Origin: Phoronis australis
Taxonomy: Eukaryota; Animalia; Phoronida
Direction of reading: 5' to 3'
DNA length: 63,814 bases
Assembly: GCA_002633005.1 (NCBI GenBank)
Contig: NMRA01000159.1
Location: forward strand, 701,520 to 765,333
Shown piece after piece: positions 1-13,537 of the stretch. Made by a program: the position numbers and the translations under genes. The notes under the pieces are model-generated. The model saw only the letters and a list, made by a program, of their open reading frames with translations, ran no database searches and was not told where the DNA came from. Each line of letters begins with the position of its first letter. Positions within the stretch are counted from its first letter, which is position 1.

Positions 1-526
1 GGTACATTTGAGGTACCAAAATGTATAACTAATAAACTGGCTGACAAAGTTTTTATTTTATGAAATGAAAGTAACATGTTTTGTCAACATTTTGGCTAAG
101 TTTCATTCTCATAACTGGGGGCAGATTTGGTACAGCAGTGTACTGAACACAACCTCAAAATGGCATAACGGGGGGCAGTGTAGTAAAACTACTAAATGAG
201 GGTGGTAAATCGGAGTCGTGTTTCAAGACATCTGTGTAACAATCTACAGGCACCACTAAACAATGCCAAGTGAATAATAAATCAATAGCTTTCATTCAAG
301 GAAAAATATGAACAGTTTTAAAAACTGGACAGTTTTTATACCGTGAAAACATGGCTGCGACGCCGTAAAATGTGTTCGAGCCTATAACTTTAGAAAAACG
401 TAATATTTTGAGGAAATATTTTACCGCTGTTTATAGATCCCATAGGGCTACCTATGTGCCAAATTTGGTGAAAATCGGCTGACCCCCACCTTGCCGCTCA
501 TGGCTGGTGCTCTCGTGGACTAGTAC
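1..526 (-). mobile_element. Left end of the TTAA-targeting ~5 kb DNA transposon (copy 0; the rest lies outside the window)
   Basis: Near-perfect reverse complement of 1700-2222. Ends ...CTCGTGGACTAGTAC followed by TTAA at 527-530. Confidence 0.85.
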
Positions 527-677
527 TTAAACACTATCTTAAACACAACAAATTTGTTACGAACTGCTTGCACAAAATATAAAACATGTAATAAGCATTA
601 CAAAAAGAAGGTTTCACGCGCAAACGCTGTGGACCATAAACAAGTAGGTCTCTTAGTATCAAATTTGGAGTTAAATC

Positions 678-745
678 GTGGTGGTGCAGTGGTAAAGCAT
701 GCGCGCTCTGTCCGCCAGGTCGTGAGTTCGAGTCTGTGGTGCTTG
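678..745 (+). mobile_element. tRNA-derived SINE head or tRNA pseudogene fragment
   Basis: A-box-like TGGTGCAGTGG (682-692) and B-box-like GAGTTCGAGTC (724-734) at tRNA spacing. No complete cloverleaf. Confidence 0.4.
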
Positions 746-869
746 CGGTTTTTCCTGTTTGACACTTTCTGCGTTTCTTTTTTGCCTTTTTTTCTTGGAT
801 AATACTTCGGGAATCAAGGAAAATGCTTGATTTTATAGGAAAAAGCAGAAAATTTTCCTGGGCGGGAGG

Positions 870-1027
870 GGGCAAACCCCGTTCCGATCTCCTCCCATGC
901 GGTGCTATGGCATCTACAATCTTGCTTTGAGCAAGTGTTTACAGACAAAATGTTGGCCCCCCCTTGTGATATCCTAGATCAGCCACTGGCACGTATAAAT
1001 TACGTGGGTAAGTTAATTCTTGCACCA
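870..1027 (+). repeat. Duplicated intronic segment, paralogous to 35258-35418
   Basis: Near-identical sequence (...CATCTACAATCTTGCTTTGAGCAAGTG...GTTAATTCTTGCACCA) upstream of both last exons. Confidence 0.8.
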
Positions 1028-3932
1028 ATATAAATGTTTAGCATGACGTCATTGTGACGTTTTAGGCACAGTCTGACGGCATGTCTAATCTTATTTCCGG
1101 GACCAAATTCCGTCATCTACTGCCATTACACGTCATTACTAAACATCTGAATACTGTATGTGTACGCTACGTCAAAATGGGACCGAAGCAATCTCACTCG
1201 GGCTTCGAAGCGTACTCAGTCTGAACTGATTGGAATCAAGGGCTTGAGCGAATACCTCAACGATTACGCGACTTACTGAGTTGTAATAGAAACTGAAAGA
1301 TTCTATGAACCAGCCTTCCGAAAAAATAACTACACTTCAAACTGGTCACAATTTTCCTGACCCAGGTTACAAGTGATTTTGGCATTATTGAGCTAACTTA
1401 TAGGATAATAAACCCTGTTTTGATAATTTCAACCAATCCTGGATGCATCGTAAACGTCAATCTTCCAATTTAGAGACAGGAGTCAACTAAAAACTCGTAA
1501 CCCCTATCTAACAAATTGGACATTATTTTCTTAGTTGGTGGTCTTTTCCCACAATTGCCACGTAATTCACTGAAAGCGTAGGTCACGCTTGCCCCTTCAA
1601 CAGACTTTGAAATTTTCCAGTCCAAATTGTGAGAGTTGTCGATGGTCATTATTTTGTTTCAGATAACTGGTTGGGAAAGTCGTTTGTAGTATCTGTTAAG
1701 TACTAGTCCACGAGAGCACCAGCCATGAGCGGCAAGGTGGGGGTCAGCCGATTTTCACCAAATTTGGCACATAGGTAGTCCTATGGGATCTATGAACAGC
1801 GGTAAAATATTTCCTCAAAATATTGCGTTTTTCTAAAGTTATAGGCTCAAACACATTTTACGGCTTCGCAGCCATGTTTTCACGGTATAAAAACTGTCAG
1901 TTTTAACTGTTCATATTTTTCCTTGAATGAAAGCTATTGATTTATTATTCACTTGGCATTGTTTAGTGGTGCCTGTAGATTGTTACATAGATGTCTTGAA
2001 ACACGATTCCGATTTACCACCCTCATTTAGTAGTTTTACTACACTGCCCCCCGTTATGCCATTTTGAGGTTGTGTTCAGTACACTGCTGTACCAAATCTG
2101 CCCCCACTGTTATGAGAATGAAACTTAGCCAAAATGTTGACAAAACATGTTACTTTCATTTCATAAAATAAAAACTTTGTCAGCCAGTTTATTAGTTATA
2201 TATTTTGGCACCTCAAATGTACTAAAATGAGAAATTTTCATATATCTGAGATCGATGCGTGAGCACCGTAAAATCCGATTGTCCTTCATGTTTTTCGATA
2301 TTTTGCAACAAGTTAGTTCCTCCTGAATGTTTTGAACGTTTTACTACTGATCACTTAGGGCTATAGTACCCCTAAATACCATACATGGCTCCATTTTGTA
2401 AAAAGCCGATTATGTCCTCCACAGTGAACAGGGTTAGACATGAACTCGACAAATGTAGGTTATTTTGATTTACAGTTGTTTTACTTTGCAATTTCCTCAT
2501 GGGTATTTCTTCACACATATTCAAGTCAGATTTTCTGTTGATCAAATGTTCATGCAATGCATTGTAATATCAAATGAAGGATAAGTTTGGTTGCATGACC
2601 GCAATTTTTCCCACGACTTAAAACAAAAGACCGCAGAAATTTTCCTGACGAAATACCGGGTTTGCAGTTCTGTAAAAACATTCGAATGACAAGACAAACT
2701 CCACCACTGTCCATGGCAACTCGTCGCATGTTTTTCGCCCATCGGTCCTACCATTGCTTTCCTTTGTTGTGTCATTGTTGGATGTAAGAACACAGGTCGC
2801 ATGGATATAGAACCTTGCGTACATCAGACCGTTGCCGATAAGTGCTCGTCATTATATCTTTATCATAACAACGGAAACAATGAAGATGCTAATCTATTGT
2901 TCTCTATGCGACCAGGTTTCCCGTGGATGACCAAAGATTAGAGGAATCCCAAAGTATCCACAAGCAATGACCACGCACCTTAGTAACTATTACCGCGCAC
3001 ACGAATACTTTCCGTGGAACCTAAACACCGAATTTTTATATCCGTGTATTGTGTTGTATTGCTCATGGTACGGGTTCAGACTCTGTTGTATTAAGATTCC
3101 AATCCCCAACCCTGTAATATGTAGTTTGAGTAAAAGTTCTAGACAATGCAGGTTTATGGATTTATTCTCATTCGAATGAAGAGTAAAAATCAAATTCTGC
3201 ACAGGTTTTTTAAAAGTAATCACTTATTGGAAGATCACACATCTAAAAATAAAACAATGTTTGACAATTTTATTCATTATCTTTTTTGAAAATTGCCTAC
3301 CTCACAGACAACTCATCTAAGTTGAAAATATTCCTCGTGAAAAAATATAAAACACCAACCAGAGACTTGTGTACTACAAAATATGTTTTCGTAATACAAT
3401 GCAAAGATAACTGTACAGTCAAAAGTGCAAATGTTATGACTTTAATAAAAAATTGCCTTCTAGATCTTTTCAACACTCTAATTGCTAAAGGACAGAGTCA
3501 ACCACACAAAGCTCATAATGTCAGGGAATTACATTTAAGGTGATGTAGTCTCACTGCGAAAAAGTGATTTCGTAATATCGCTTACAACACCGAAATTTCT
3601 TCTTCACAAACTTGAGGTAGCTGTTTTTACCACATCAATGTTCTTATAAAACTAACCACCACAAAATGAAAAATTGGCTTGTCGGTTCCAATTAGGCAGC
3701 ATTTTACAATGAAATGGTCATGAAAAAATACTTTTGCAACATGGTTTGCATTACAATTGCCCTACGATTACAGTTGTACATACATACTAGACCAGTAAAA
3801 AAATTACCCATGTGAACCATAAAATGGTCAATTCGCCAAAAAAACAAGGAGCCGCCAGAGCTAATGTGCCAATACTTTTCAGTACTGCAACAAAAATCAT
3901 TTGAAGTGGACATAAACTCGCCTAAAATCACN

Positions 3933-4916
3933 CCCCTAAATACCATACATGGCTCCATTTTGTAAAAAGCCGATTATGTCCTCCACAGTGAACAGCGTTA
4001 GACATGAAGTCGACAAATGTAGGTTATTTTGATTTACAGTTTGCTTTACTTTGCAATTTCCTCATGGGTATTTCTTCACACATATTCAAGTCTGTTTTTC
4101 TGTTGATCAAATGTTCATGCAATGCATTGTAATATCAAATGAAGGATAAGTTTGGTTGCATGACCGCCATTTTTCCCACGATTTAAAACAAAAGACCGCA
4201 GAAATTTTCCTGACGAAATACCGGGTTTGCAGTTCTGTAAAAACATTTGAATGACAAGACAAACTCCACCACTTTCCATGGCAACTCGTCGCATGTTTTT
4301 CGCCCATCGGTCCTATCATTGTTTTCCTTTGTTGTGTCATTGTTGGATGTAACAACACAGGTCGCATGGATATACATGTAGAACCTTGCGTACATCAGAC
4401 CGTTGCCGATAAGTGCTCGTCATTATATCTTTCTTATAACAACGGAAACAATGAAGATACTAATGTATTGTTCTCTATGCGACCAGGTTTCCCGTGGATG
4501 ACCACAGATTAGAGGAATCCCAAAGTATCCACAAACAATGACCACGCACCTTAGTAACTATTACCGCGCACACGAATCCTTTCCGTGGAACCTAAACACC
4601 GAATTTTATATCCGTGTATTGGGTTGTATTGCTCATGGTACGGGTTCAGACTCTGTTGCATTAAGATTCCAATCCCCAACCCTGTAGTATGTAGTTTGAG
4701 TAAAATTTCTAGACAATGCAGGTTTATGGATTTATTCTCATTCAAATGAAGAGTAAAAATCAAATTCTGCACAGGTTTTTTAAAAGTAATCACTTATTGG
4801 AAGATCACACATCTAAAAATAAAACAATGTTTGACAATTTTATTCATTATCTTATTTGAAAATTGCCTACCTCACAGACAACTCATCTAAGTTGAAAATA
4901 TTCCTTGTGAAAAAAT
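3933..4916 (+). repeat. Direct repeat of 2369-3355 within transposon copy 1 (probable assembly or haplotype artefact)
   Basis: Restarts immediately after a single N at 3932 and runs into the gap. Absent from copy 2. Confidence 0.75.
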
Positions 4917-5208
4917 NNNNNNNNNNNNNNNNNNNNNNNNNNNNNNNNNNNNNNNNNNNNNNNNNNNNNNNNNNNNNNNNNNNNNNNNNNNNNNNNNNNN
5001 NNNNNNNNNNNNNNNNNNNNNNNNNNNNNNNNNNNNNNNNNNNNNNNNNNNNNNNNNNNNNNNNNNNNNNNNNNNNNNNNNNNNNNNNNNNNNNNNNNNN
5101 NNNNNNNNNNNNNNNNNNNNNNNNNNNNNNNNNNNNNNNNNNNNNNNNNNNNNNNNNNNNNNNNNNNNNNNNNNNNNNNNNNNNNNNNNNNNNNNNNNNN
5201 NNNNNNNN
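4917..5208. other. Assembly gap
   Basis: Run of N. Confidence 1.
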
Positions 5209-6763
5209 TTTAATTAACTTCATAATCGCAGAAAATCATTGGTAGACAAAACATACTCCCTAGTTTCTAAAAGTAGTTCATGGGCAGAAGTCATGTTACA
5301 CATTTGGTGGTTGTTATGAAAAGTTATGATGACTACCTATTTTCTATGCCAATGTATACATGTAGTTGCATAAACATCAACACATTTGAATAAGATATGA
5401 TTAAGCAATAAGGCCCAAGATATAAGCAATCACGGTGTGTGAATAAAAGTATTTTTGCATGAATGACGTGCTTCTAAAAATATTCCTCAGGGTCAGACCC
5501 TGGAGTTTAGTGATTCCTACCTGAGCTCACGCGAAGCAGGACGTTGAACCTTGAAAGTCTTTGGTCATTTTTCAGACCTCTATCAGAATCAGATTTCTCC
5601 TCTAGTGTGCAGTGGATGTTCTAAGTGCCTTTGGCTACGCCGATATATCTCGAGTGTTGTAACGATGATTCGGGCAAGTGAATCTAATACGGTAGATTAT
5701 ATAGCTCCTGCTGCACACAGTGCCTCCGAGGCAGACACCGAGAGTCTGCCTGAGACAAACTACTCAGGAGGACACGTTCCACCTCCACATCAGCTCCACG
5801 TACTCTTATAAGGTGCTCAAATGTCTCGCTCTATACCTTGTGCATTCCCCTAGAGTTTCCAAAGTTGTTTCTCTCCGCAATTTGTAGGAATACCACATTT
5901 GATGCGACTGGCAGTGCCAGATAAATAGATAAATTCGCAAACCCGCACTTTAGGTCAGCCATCATTCAACTAACGCATTGTCAGCTTTAGTTTGGTATTC
6001 AGACGAATTGGATGAACAAATTTAGTATAATTTATATTTTATTGGGAAATGCTAGTGTCCTTAAAATTAATTAAAAACATTTAAGCAAACCAATTGTTTT
6101 AATTGTTGTATAATACCACGGCATATTAATGCGTAGAAACGGCGCACAACTAGTGACTGGTTTAACATGACAAATATGACATACGCGGTCTGAAAATAGT
6201 GATTTTCAGACACCTATTACCAAGACTGCCTGAAGGGCTGACAAAGTTTTTATTGTATTAATTTCAAGGGCATGGAGTCTTCTACATGTCCATGTTATTA
6301 TTTTTGGTTTTCTCGCGGGGGCAGCTTCGCTATAAGGGTACAGCTTACTGCTGGTTTTTCACAAGACGGAAACGTACCTCCGCGGAAACAGTTCCACTGT
6401 TACCATGGTAACCGATATTGCAGTGTCGGTGCCGTTTTTACTGACATTGGTCATGAACCTATCATGTGATATCAAAATTGTTCAGAAACGATTCTAATTG
6501 AAGCAGAAACTGGAGTAGAAAATTTGGTCAAAAATGACTCATTCCACACCAAGAAATTGCCTCATTTTGCCCCCCAGAACACTTCCCTTGTATCTCCTAA
6601 ACCACCAAACTTTGTGGTGTCATACTTCACCTATTTTCTCTCATCCCTAATGTGATTTATCAGACTAAACATGGATCTGAATGGTTGACCCCCCACCTTG
6701 CCGCTTGTTGGCTGTACTGTGGTCGGTGGATCCGTGGACTGATACTTAATACGCCAAAACCTA

Positions 6764-6914
6764 GGGCGCGTTCAGTAGACGCTAGGACCTACGCTAGGAC
6801 CTAGCTAAAACCTAGTCAAAGTCACGTGTTCTGATTTAAAATACACGACAATATCTCACGTAATCTCGCGAAGTCTTGCTTTTAGCGAGGTCCTAGCGTT
6901 AATGAACGGGAGCC
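6764..6914 (+). mobile_element. ~150 bp MITE, family M1 (possibly Harbinger-like)
   Basis: Inverted termini GGGCGCGTTCAGTA..CGCTAGGACCT / AGGTCCTAGCGTTAATGAACGGGAGCC. Four copies in the window. Confidence 0.7.
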
Positions 6915-7506
6915 TGGGTTGGCATCCTTTTAAAGCCTTTATTGGTCGACACCAGGCTTAGTAGTTTGTAGTGACTCTACATGTACAAATCTTTTTGTGT
7001 TCCGAGCGGATATTCACAATTCACAGGAACTACAAACATATCTACACACCAATACGTGTGTTCCTCAAATTCGATGAATGGAGACACGGTGATTTATTTT
7101 TTGTTATTCTTTGTATTCCATACATGATGACAAGATCAATTAGGTGACAAAATTTCAGCTAAATTCATAAAGGCCTTGCTGGAGGATACCTGGTCTTCAA
7201 TGGAGCTGGGTGTGGGTGGAGCCAATCCTTGGAGTCGTTATTTTACAGGATCGTAGAAAAGTGTCCAAGTTTGGCCGACTTCAGAACATCATTTCTCAGA
7301 AACAGCTGATTGGATTCATTTGAAACCTTCATGTCTCATCCTTTATGCATTGTTCCCTAAAATGAGTTTAGGAATTGTTCTTGGTTTGTTAGACGTTTGG
7401 ATAAGGGACAATCAAAAATAGATTTTTATGATTTCCGCGAAAAAATTAATACGAAAACGAAATGCTATTTTAGAAAACAGTAACAGCGCTTTTGAGATCT
7501 CAGCTT

Positions 7507-7981
7507 TTTTAATGTTTATTACGAAATCTTCAGAATACAATGAATATACATAACCCAGAAAGCGCCAAGAGGCATTAGATCTGGGTAAAAAAATACAAAG
7601 AAGTCTACATACAATTATTATATACGAATACATAAATAAAAAAACTGATGTTAACAATACAATGATATATGAAAATAATTCATTTACATACAGATGTATA
7701 AAATTCTATCCACTCACACAAAGAGATTTAATGTTTTAAAGAAATTCTGATACTATTTCAAATAAAACCTTATTTTCGTTTGAGTTAAGTTCTTGACATC
7801 CATATAGAAAGAAATTAACTTTGTTGTACAATTGCGGAACTTCAGAATATTTTTTGTAAACATTGGGGTATTGTTCGAGTGCCTGGAAGAGCTGTACCCT
7901 CTCCTCCTTGCATACCTCACAAGCAAAGAAAACATGAGGATATGTCTGGGTATCTCCACAGGAAAACAGAGGCGAAATATT
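7507..7981 (-). mobile_element. 5'-truncated LINE (CR1/L2-like ORF2 C-terminus plus 3' UTR) with 12-bp TSD
   Basis: AGATCTCAGCTT at 7495-7506 and 7982-7993; single copy at the paralogous empty site 38129-38140. Translation SPLFSCGDTQTYPHVFFAC...R...FLYG...NKVLFEIVSEFL; A-rich tail. Confidence 0.8.
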
Positions 7982-8129
7982 AGATCTCAGCTTGAACACT
8001 TATATCGAAAAAATTGTTCACGACGTTGTTTGGCTATCAATGTACCTTTCTTTTTTGCTAAACTTTATTAAAAAGACATAACTGATCGGTGAAAAGTCAA
8101 AAATCAAATTCTACAGGCTTTCTACTTTC

Positions 8130-8246
<117 letters not shown>

Positions 8247-8395
8247 ATGTATTTTTACTGTGTTAAAATATGTAGTTTTGTAACCTTAATGCGATTCAAA
8301 AGCCATGTGCAAAGCGTTTTTGTTAAAAATGAGGTTGCTCTTGTAGATTTGCAATTTTCATTCATTCTTCAGGCAATTTGTACATTCAATTTCAG

Positions 8396-9173
8396 GTACA
8401 TATTCTCAAACAGGACGACTTGGACAACCGGTCGAAACCTCTTATACAGAAGAGCGAAAATAGTGATGGACGATTACAATCAGTATACCTACCACACCTT
8501 CATGGACGGGGACATGATTTGGAATTGGTCTGAATGGCCTCATTTCGATGCTAACATCAATCGATCAAACTTGTCTCCAATGCGGGCGTACGAACAGTTT
8601 TTGTTACGAAATCTTCCCGTTTACAGCAACCCGTTTTACTGTCACTCGGGAACTAGTAAAAGTAGCATGAAAAACGATATGGAATTATTGATGAGAAAAT
8701 ATGCTTGTGGATCGCGATGTGCCCAAACTAACAGAACATTTCCCGCTATTTGTCTTGCAATTGCACCGGACGCTGCAGTTGCCAGTTTCCACAGGCATGC
8801 CATCGACAAGCTCTTGCCGTACAGTGAGCAATACGAAGCCAAATCTTGGTGGGTGTCTCAACAGATTATGTACGTTCGATTGTACGCTACGTTCTACAAA
8901 CAAAGTTTGACTTTCCTTCCAGTAACAGTTTGCAATCTGTTCCACTCCAAGTATCCTCGCGGCTTGATCTCGTACCACGAAATTATAGATGCAGAAAAAT
9001 TAATGTCGCCTCCTTCGAAACGGAACTTGTCCATTTGGTTCGAAATGCATAATGTATTTAACAAGCCGCGCCTAGTACCCACGTGCCATCATATACTAGA
9101 CCCAACCTTAAAGAGAACACCGAACTCTAATATGGAAATGTATGTTATGGATAGCGTGATCGTCAAGAATTAA
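8396..9173 (+). CDS. Last coding exon of uncharacterised glycosyltransferase-like protein, paralog A (upstream exon outside the window)
   Basis: tttcag acceptor at 8390-8395, then ~258 open codons. Motifs TTWTTGRNLLY, FMDGD (DxD), YEQFL, LLPY...SWWVSQ, N..HSKYPR. Frame conserved with 46622-47399. Confidence 0.8.
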
Positions 9174-9544
9174 TTCGGCACTCTTCATATGCCGGCTATG
9201 TATTCATATACCGTCTTTTTTCTTTAATCATTTATAATGGAATAAGACAGCTTAACAAAAACACGCATTCCATGAAGTCACTCAAACAGGCACACACTGG
9301 CACATAAACCTTGACCGTTGCGGAAGTCCGTAATTGGGCTTTGTTTCTTGACATATAATAAAACAACTCACCTTCATTGCTAAATGCATCATTAGTCATG
9401 GCTCTTTGACTTATTTTTCTGTAGAACACCCTTGATACGTGGGGATGACGCTCGTCATTTTAGTTTTACTAGTTTTACTATTTTACTTATTTTCTCATTA
9501 TAGAGTACTGAATGTGATGCTTGGCTTCATAATTGTGGATAATT

Positions 9545-9640
9545 AATACCGGTTCACTAGTTAGTACCGGTACACTAGTCAATACTGGTACAGTAAGTAG
9601 TACCGACACAGCGATTAGCACTAGCACAGTAAAATGTAGC
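9545..9640. repeat. Degenerate ~20-bp tandem repeat (ACCGGTACACTAGT-like), also at ~47830-47950
   Basis: Repeated TACCGGT..CACTAG units. Confidence 0.5.
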
Positions 9641-9979
9641 GGTTCAGTGATTAGCATTGGTTTCCACATTTACAAATTGCCACTTTTAAAGGTGCTTAGC
9701 TTCAGTAACCCTTTCTGGTTCGATGCAGTCGAGCAAGCATGTCTACGGGAACTAAGACGACTTTCATGACGAAGAATTCCAACTCCACTTTTTTGGTGGC
9801 CGTTAACTTTTTCACCGCGCGATTACTATAAAGTGTTTGAATTGACGTCTCGCGAGTTTGGCCACAACAAGAGACTGAGCGAAGCGCTTCGCTAATTCCT
9901 TACGAGCCTAGCCAGCACGTGCTGGCTACTGACCACCAAGCGGCACGCGGGGAACTAGTGAGAGCGAAGCGCGTGACCT

Positions 9980-10119
9980 GCCTCCCGTTCGCTAACGCTA
10001 AGACCTCGCTAAAAGGCAAGACTGTGCGAGCTTACGAGATATATTGTCGTGCATTTTAGATGAGAACACGTGACGTTAAGTAGATTTTACCTAGGTCCTA
10101 GCGTTACTAAACGCATGCC
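9980..10119 (-). mobile_element. MITE family M1 copy
   Basis: Reverse-complement similarity to 6764-6914. Confidence 0.7.
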
Positions 10120-10713
10120 TGGTGGCTGACCTTTGCAAAACGTAGCATGGCAAGACATCCGGAAGTGTTTGTGAGATTTGTCTCTTGGACATTTTCGTGA
10201 ACTGGCGTGATTTCGCGTAACTGTTATCCAGCGACGGAAGCCCCATTGAACTTCGACAGATTTTCATGGATATGCTCCAATAATATTGACACAAATGTCT
10301 CCAGAGTCATGTGTTAGTGAAAACTCATATGAAAAAATGAAGATTTCGATGTTCTTCGCTGCACTGGCATTTTGAAATGAGTAATTTTTATGGCGTATGT
10401 TACCGCCTGTGTAGCCTACTTTCTTGCGCCGTCCACAGGCGATGTAATTGCCTACCACCTTCTTAGTTGTTGACATCAGTGAATCTGAAAATAACGTTGT
10501 TCGCCTATTTAACAGTGCTTTGTGTTACTTCCTAGCACAATTACGGTAAAACCCCACCAATTTCGTACAAAATAATTTCCGAATTGCACTTCTTCATTTT
10601 TCAAGCGCTTCTAACAATGTTGTGAATGTCCACAATTTTTCAAAATATTTTCTGTTGGTAGCTACATGTATGGTAATAGAACTTGAATGTGACAAAGCCA
10701 AGGTACTAAACTA

Positions 10714-10989
10714 CACGGTTAACGGACTCATAAACACCCTCACAGACGCATGAACACGAGTCACGTACCTGCAAACACCGTTCACTGACTCACACACACG
10801 GGAACGTACTCACAAAACACGACCCATTCACCCAAATACATGGGACACGGACTCACATTCACGAAAAAAACACGCCGGGTTAACGGACCGCCAAACACGG
10901 TTCAAGTACATGTACGGACAAAATGTAGATGTCCGCTGACCCAGGAAGCCGATGTGTCCGTGACCCGTGTTTGGCGGTCCGTTAACGTG
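10714..10989. mobile_element. Small foldback/MITE-like element
   Basis: CACGGTTAACGGAC...AAACAC at the left end and GTGTTTGGCGGTCCGTTAACGTG at the right end. Internal repeat of the motif near 10876. Confidence 0.5.
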
Positions 10990-12478
10990 TTTCCTCGTGA
11001 ATATCAGTGCCGTGCAGTTGAATATCACTGAGGCTCAATGAATTAAATAATATTTTGTGATGACCATGGATTCCTTTTCAGCTCTTGTTGTCAGTATCGC
11101 AAAACGAGCCTCGCGTGACGGGGATGAGCATATCACAAACATAAAGGAAGAACAACATTTAGTTCTCCCAATAACCTTACGCGAGACATTTGCACACATT
11201 CATGTAAGCGGAGTTGCAACCGAATCGATTTAACGATCGCGCATGTCCGGAAATTAGGGTGCACATAGGCTACTTGGGTTGATTAGGGTATGTGGAATGG
11301 CCGATTGCTTTGCACGACGTGTTATTTGTGTGCATTAAACTACGCTGCTGTATGTAATTCTGCCGCTATTCGCCCTAAGAAGCGCCCATGCCCCAATAAG
11401 TGCCCCCAACGCGTTTTCAGACTTCGCTAAAGTAAGGGCCCAGCCCATGAACTACATGCGAAAAATGCCTTACAGTTCTAACGTCTCCAATTTATCAATT
11501 GAAAGATCCTACAGTCCTGAATTTGTAGACCACGAGTCTCACCGTTATGTCCGTATACACTTCAAACTTACGCCGCGATTCAAAAAGAACGCAAAAGTTT
11601 TGCTGCTCTTGCGCGGGATGTGCCCACTACGCGGGTCTGGACTTTGAAAACAGACGCAGCGTACTTGTCCGCGGGGTTGTAATGTTTCTTGCCGTATACG
11701 GATCTCCTCCGGCCTCAGCAGAAATCCAAACTTCTTTGTACACGGGAAAACCGTGAATCGAAGACTAATAAAAAAGTCGACCAGCGTTAGCACGCGGCCA
11801 ACAAGTGCGCGCTGCATAATGTACCGGCTGTCATTGGAGACATTTATAGGCGGGAACTATCTATTCATGAAACGGGTAACATAGCATCGGCAAGAAATAA
11901 AAATTGGCTCTAATTTCCGAAAGTTTCTAATACCGTGAAAAGCTTTTGCACAATTTTTAAGAGAAATTATTTCACTAATCATAATTGGTGTTTTTAAAGT
12001 CAAAATGACCCATTGATAGTGAACACATTCGCACCCTTACACCCCGAATCTTCCGGAAAATAGCTGTTACAATACGGTCACGCATCCACTCACCCGGCGA
12101 CTCAATGAGTGACATATCGGTCTTACCGAAACAATTCTCGAACGTTTTTTAGCAGATGAGACCAGCAAGTGCTAAGTTAAATATTAGAACACGCGCTGCT
12201 TGACTGCTTGAGTTAATTTCTTTGGATACAATGCACACCTAGATCATTACATCGCATTTACTCTGGTAAATGAACTCTGATAACAAGCACACGCACGCTT
12301 ACTCACACACACGCATACAAACTTCAAAACAAACGTCACATGACAACCTGTGTGTTCCTCTAGAGATTTTTCTCGTGTAGCGGGCTACAATCTACCGCAG
12401 ATTTGAACTCACCCCGGCCAACCCGCGATCGAGTCAGAACGCCAGGAAGGCCATCGAGAACGAGACCTTGCACCAAAA

Positions 12479-13537
12479 ATGACAAACGACAGTCACGTAC
12501 CCGGTGAGTTTAAGTGTCATTTTCTGCTTAAATAGAGGCCACTTTGGTACAAATGTTACAAACAGAAAAGCGTCAGAGTGTAACCTTTGTTGTGGATCTG
12601 AAATAATACTTGGCTTTTGCTTAATTTTTTAAAATAAAGAGCTCAGAAAGCAATGGCTTTCGGTAAAATGCCTTGCGCCTCGTAAAATCGACAATTTCTA
12701 CTTGTTATTAGCAATTCCAGGGTTCTTAAGAAGAAACGCCTGACGTTTATAGTTTAATCGTCCCTGGTGACACCTTTGTTAGTTATGATTTGTGAAACAA
12801 TTTGAGATATTTGCCAATACAAACAGGTCCTTGTGTGAAACGGCGATCGGGAACGATGTCGTTAATTCTCTAATGCGATCGTGAACGCAAAAAAAAACGA
12901 TCGTGAACGTACATTTTTTCTTTGCATTGGCCTGAATAATCGCTCAAGTTACGGTATTATGTCAATAATTTTAGAATAATACGAAGCCTGAATTGCTAGT
13001 TGAGTTAATTAATAATTACATTTCATCGTTTTTTCATTATTTCTCAGTCAGATTTAGTCTAACAAACATAACTGAATGCGTTTGATTTTTTTCAGTTGAA
13101 CTGTAGCTACACGACGAGTCCTTCAGGGTGTTAACCTCCACGCCTTCAAAAGAGAGTAGACAACAGATGCATGTCACAACAGAGTGTGTGTGTGTTGTAG
13201 AGCCTCGTTTAGGAACTAAGAAATCGACTTAGTATGACCACATGGCAATAAAATACAGTGACAGTACAACAAAGCAAGACCTTTACCAGCCCTGTCATTG
13301 ACGTGTTGCATGCGTCAAGAAGTTTTTACCAATATAGTAAAACACAGCATGAAGCATCGTGCTCAGGAACCAGGTCGATTCAGTGTCCTATCTGTGATCA
13401 ACATTTCACGGAAAGAGTGAGCCTGATGCGACACTGCGTCACAGCACGAGGACACTTCTTTTTGTGGTGAATGTGGCATGTCATGCAAACAGTGTGCCTC
13501 CTTCTACAGGCATAGCAAGCAGAAACGTCATGAATGA
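12479..13537 (+). pseudogene. Decayed C2H2 zinc-finger gene (putative exons 12479-12503 and 13096-13537)
   Basis: ATG...CCCG|gtgagt donor and ttttttcag acceptor. CPICDQHF...LMRH and frameshifted CGECGMSC...FYRHSKQKRH. In-frame stops. Confidence 0.5.

Larger units (their letters stand above)
1700..6745 (+). mobile_element. TTAA-targeting DNA transposon, copy 1 (non-autonomous, Sola3-like; assembly broken internally)
   Basis: TTAA at 1696-1699 and 6746-6749. Imperfect TIRs GTACTAGTCCACG...CGTGGACTGATAC plus subterminal GCGGCAAGGTGGGGG / CCCCCACCTTGCCGC. Colinear with 55519-60550. Confidence 0.85.

Noticed and set aside
2542-3543. Recurring short ORFs (MRPVFLHP.., MKIAYLTD..) as a gene family
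   Set aside because: They recur only because the transposon is repeated and show no recognisable domain.
2369-5208. Biological tandem duplication inside transposon copy 1
   Set aside because: Bounded by an N and a gap and absent from copy 2, where the gap corresponds to ~1.85 kb. Most likely unmerged contigs or haplotypes.
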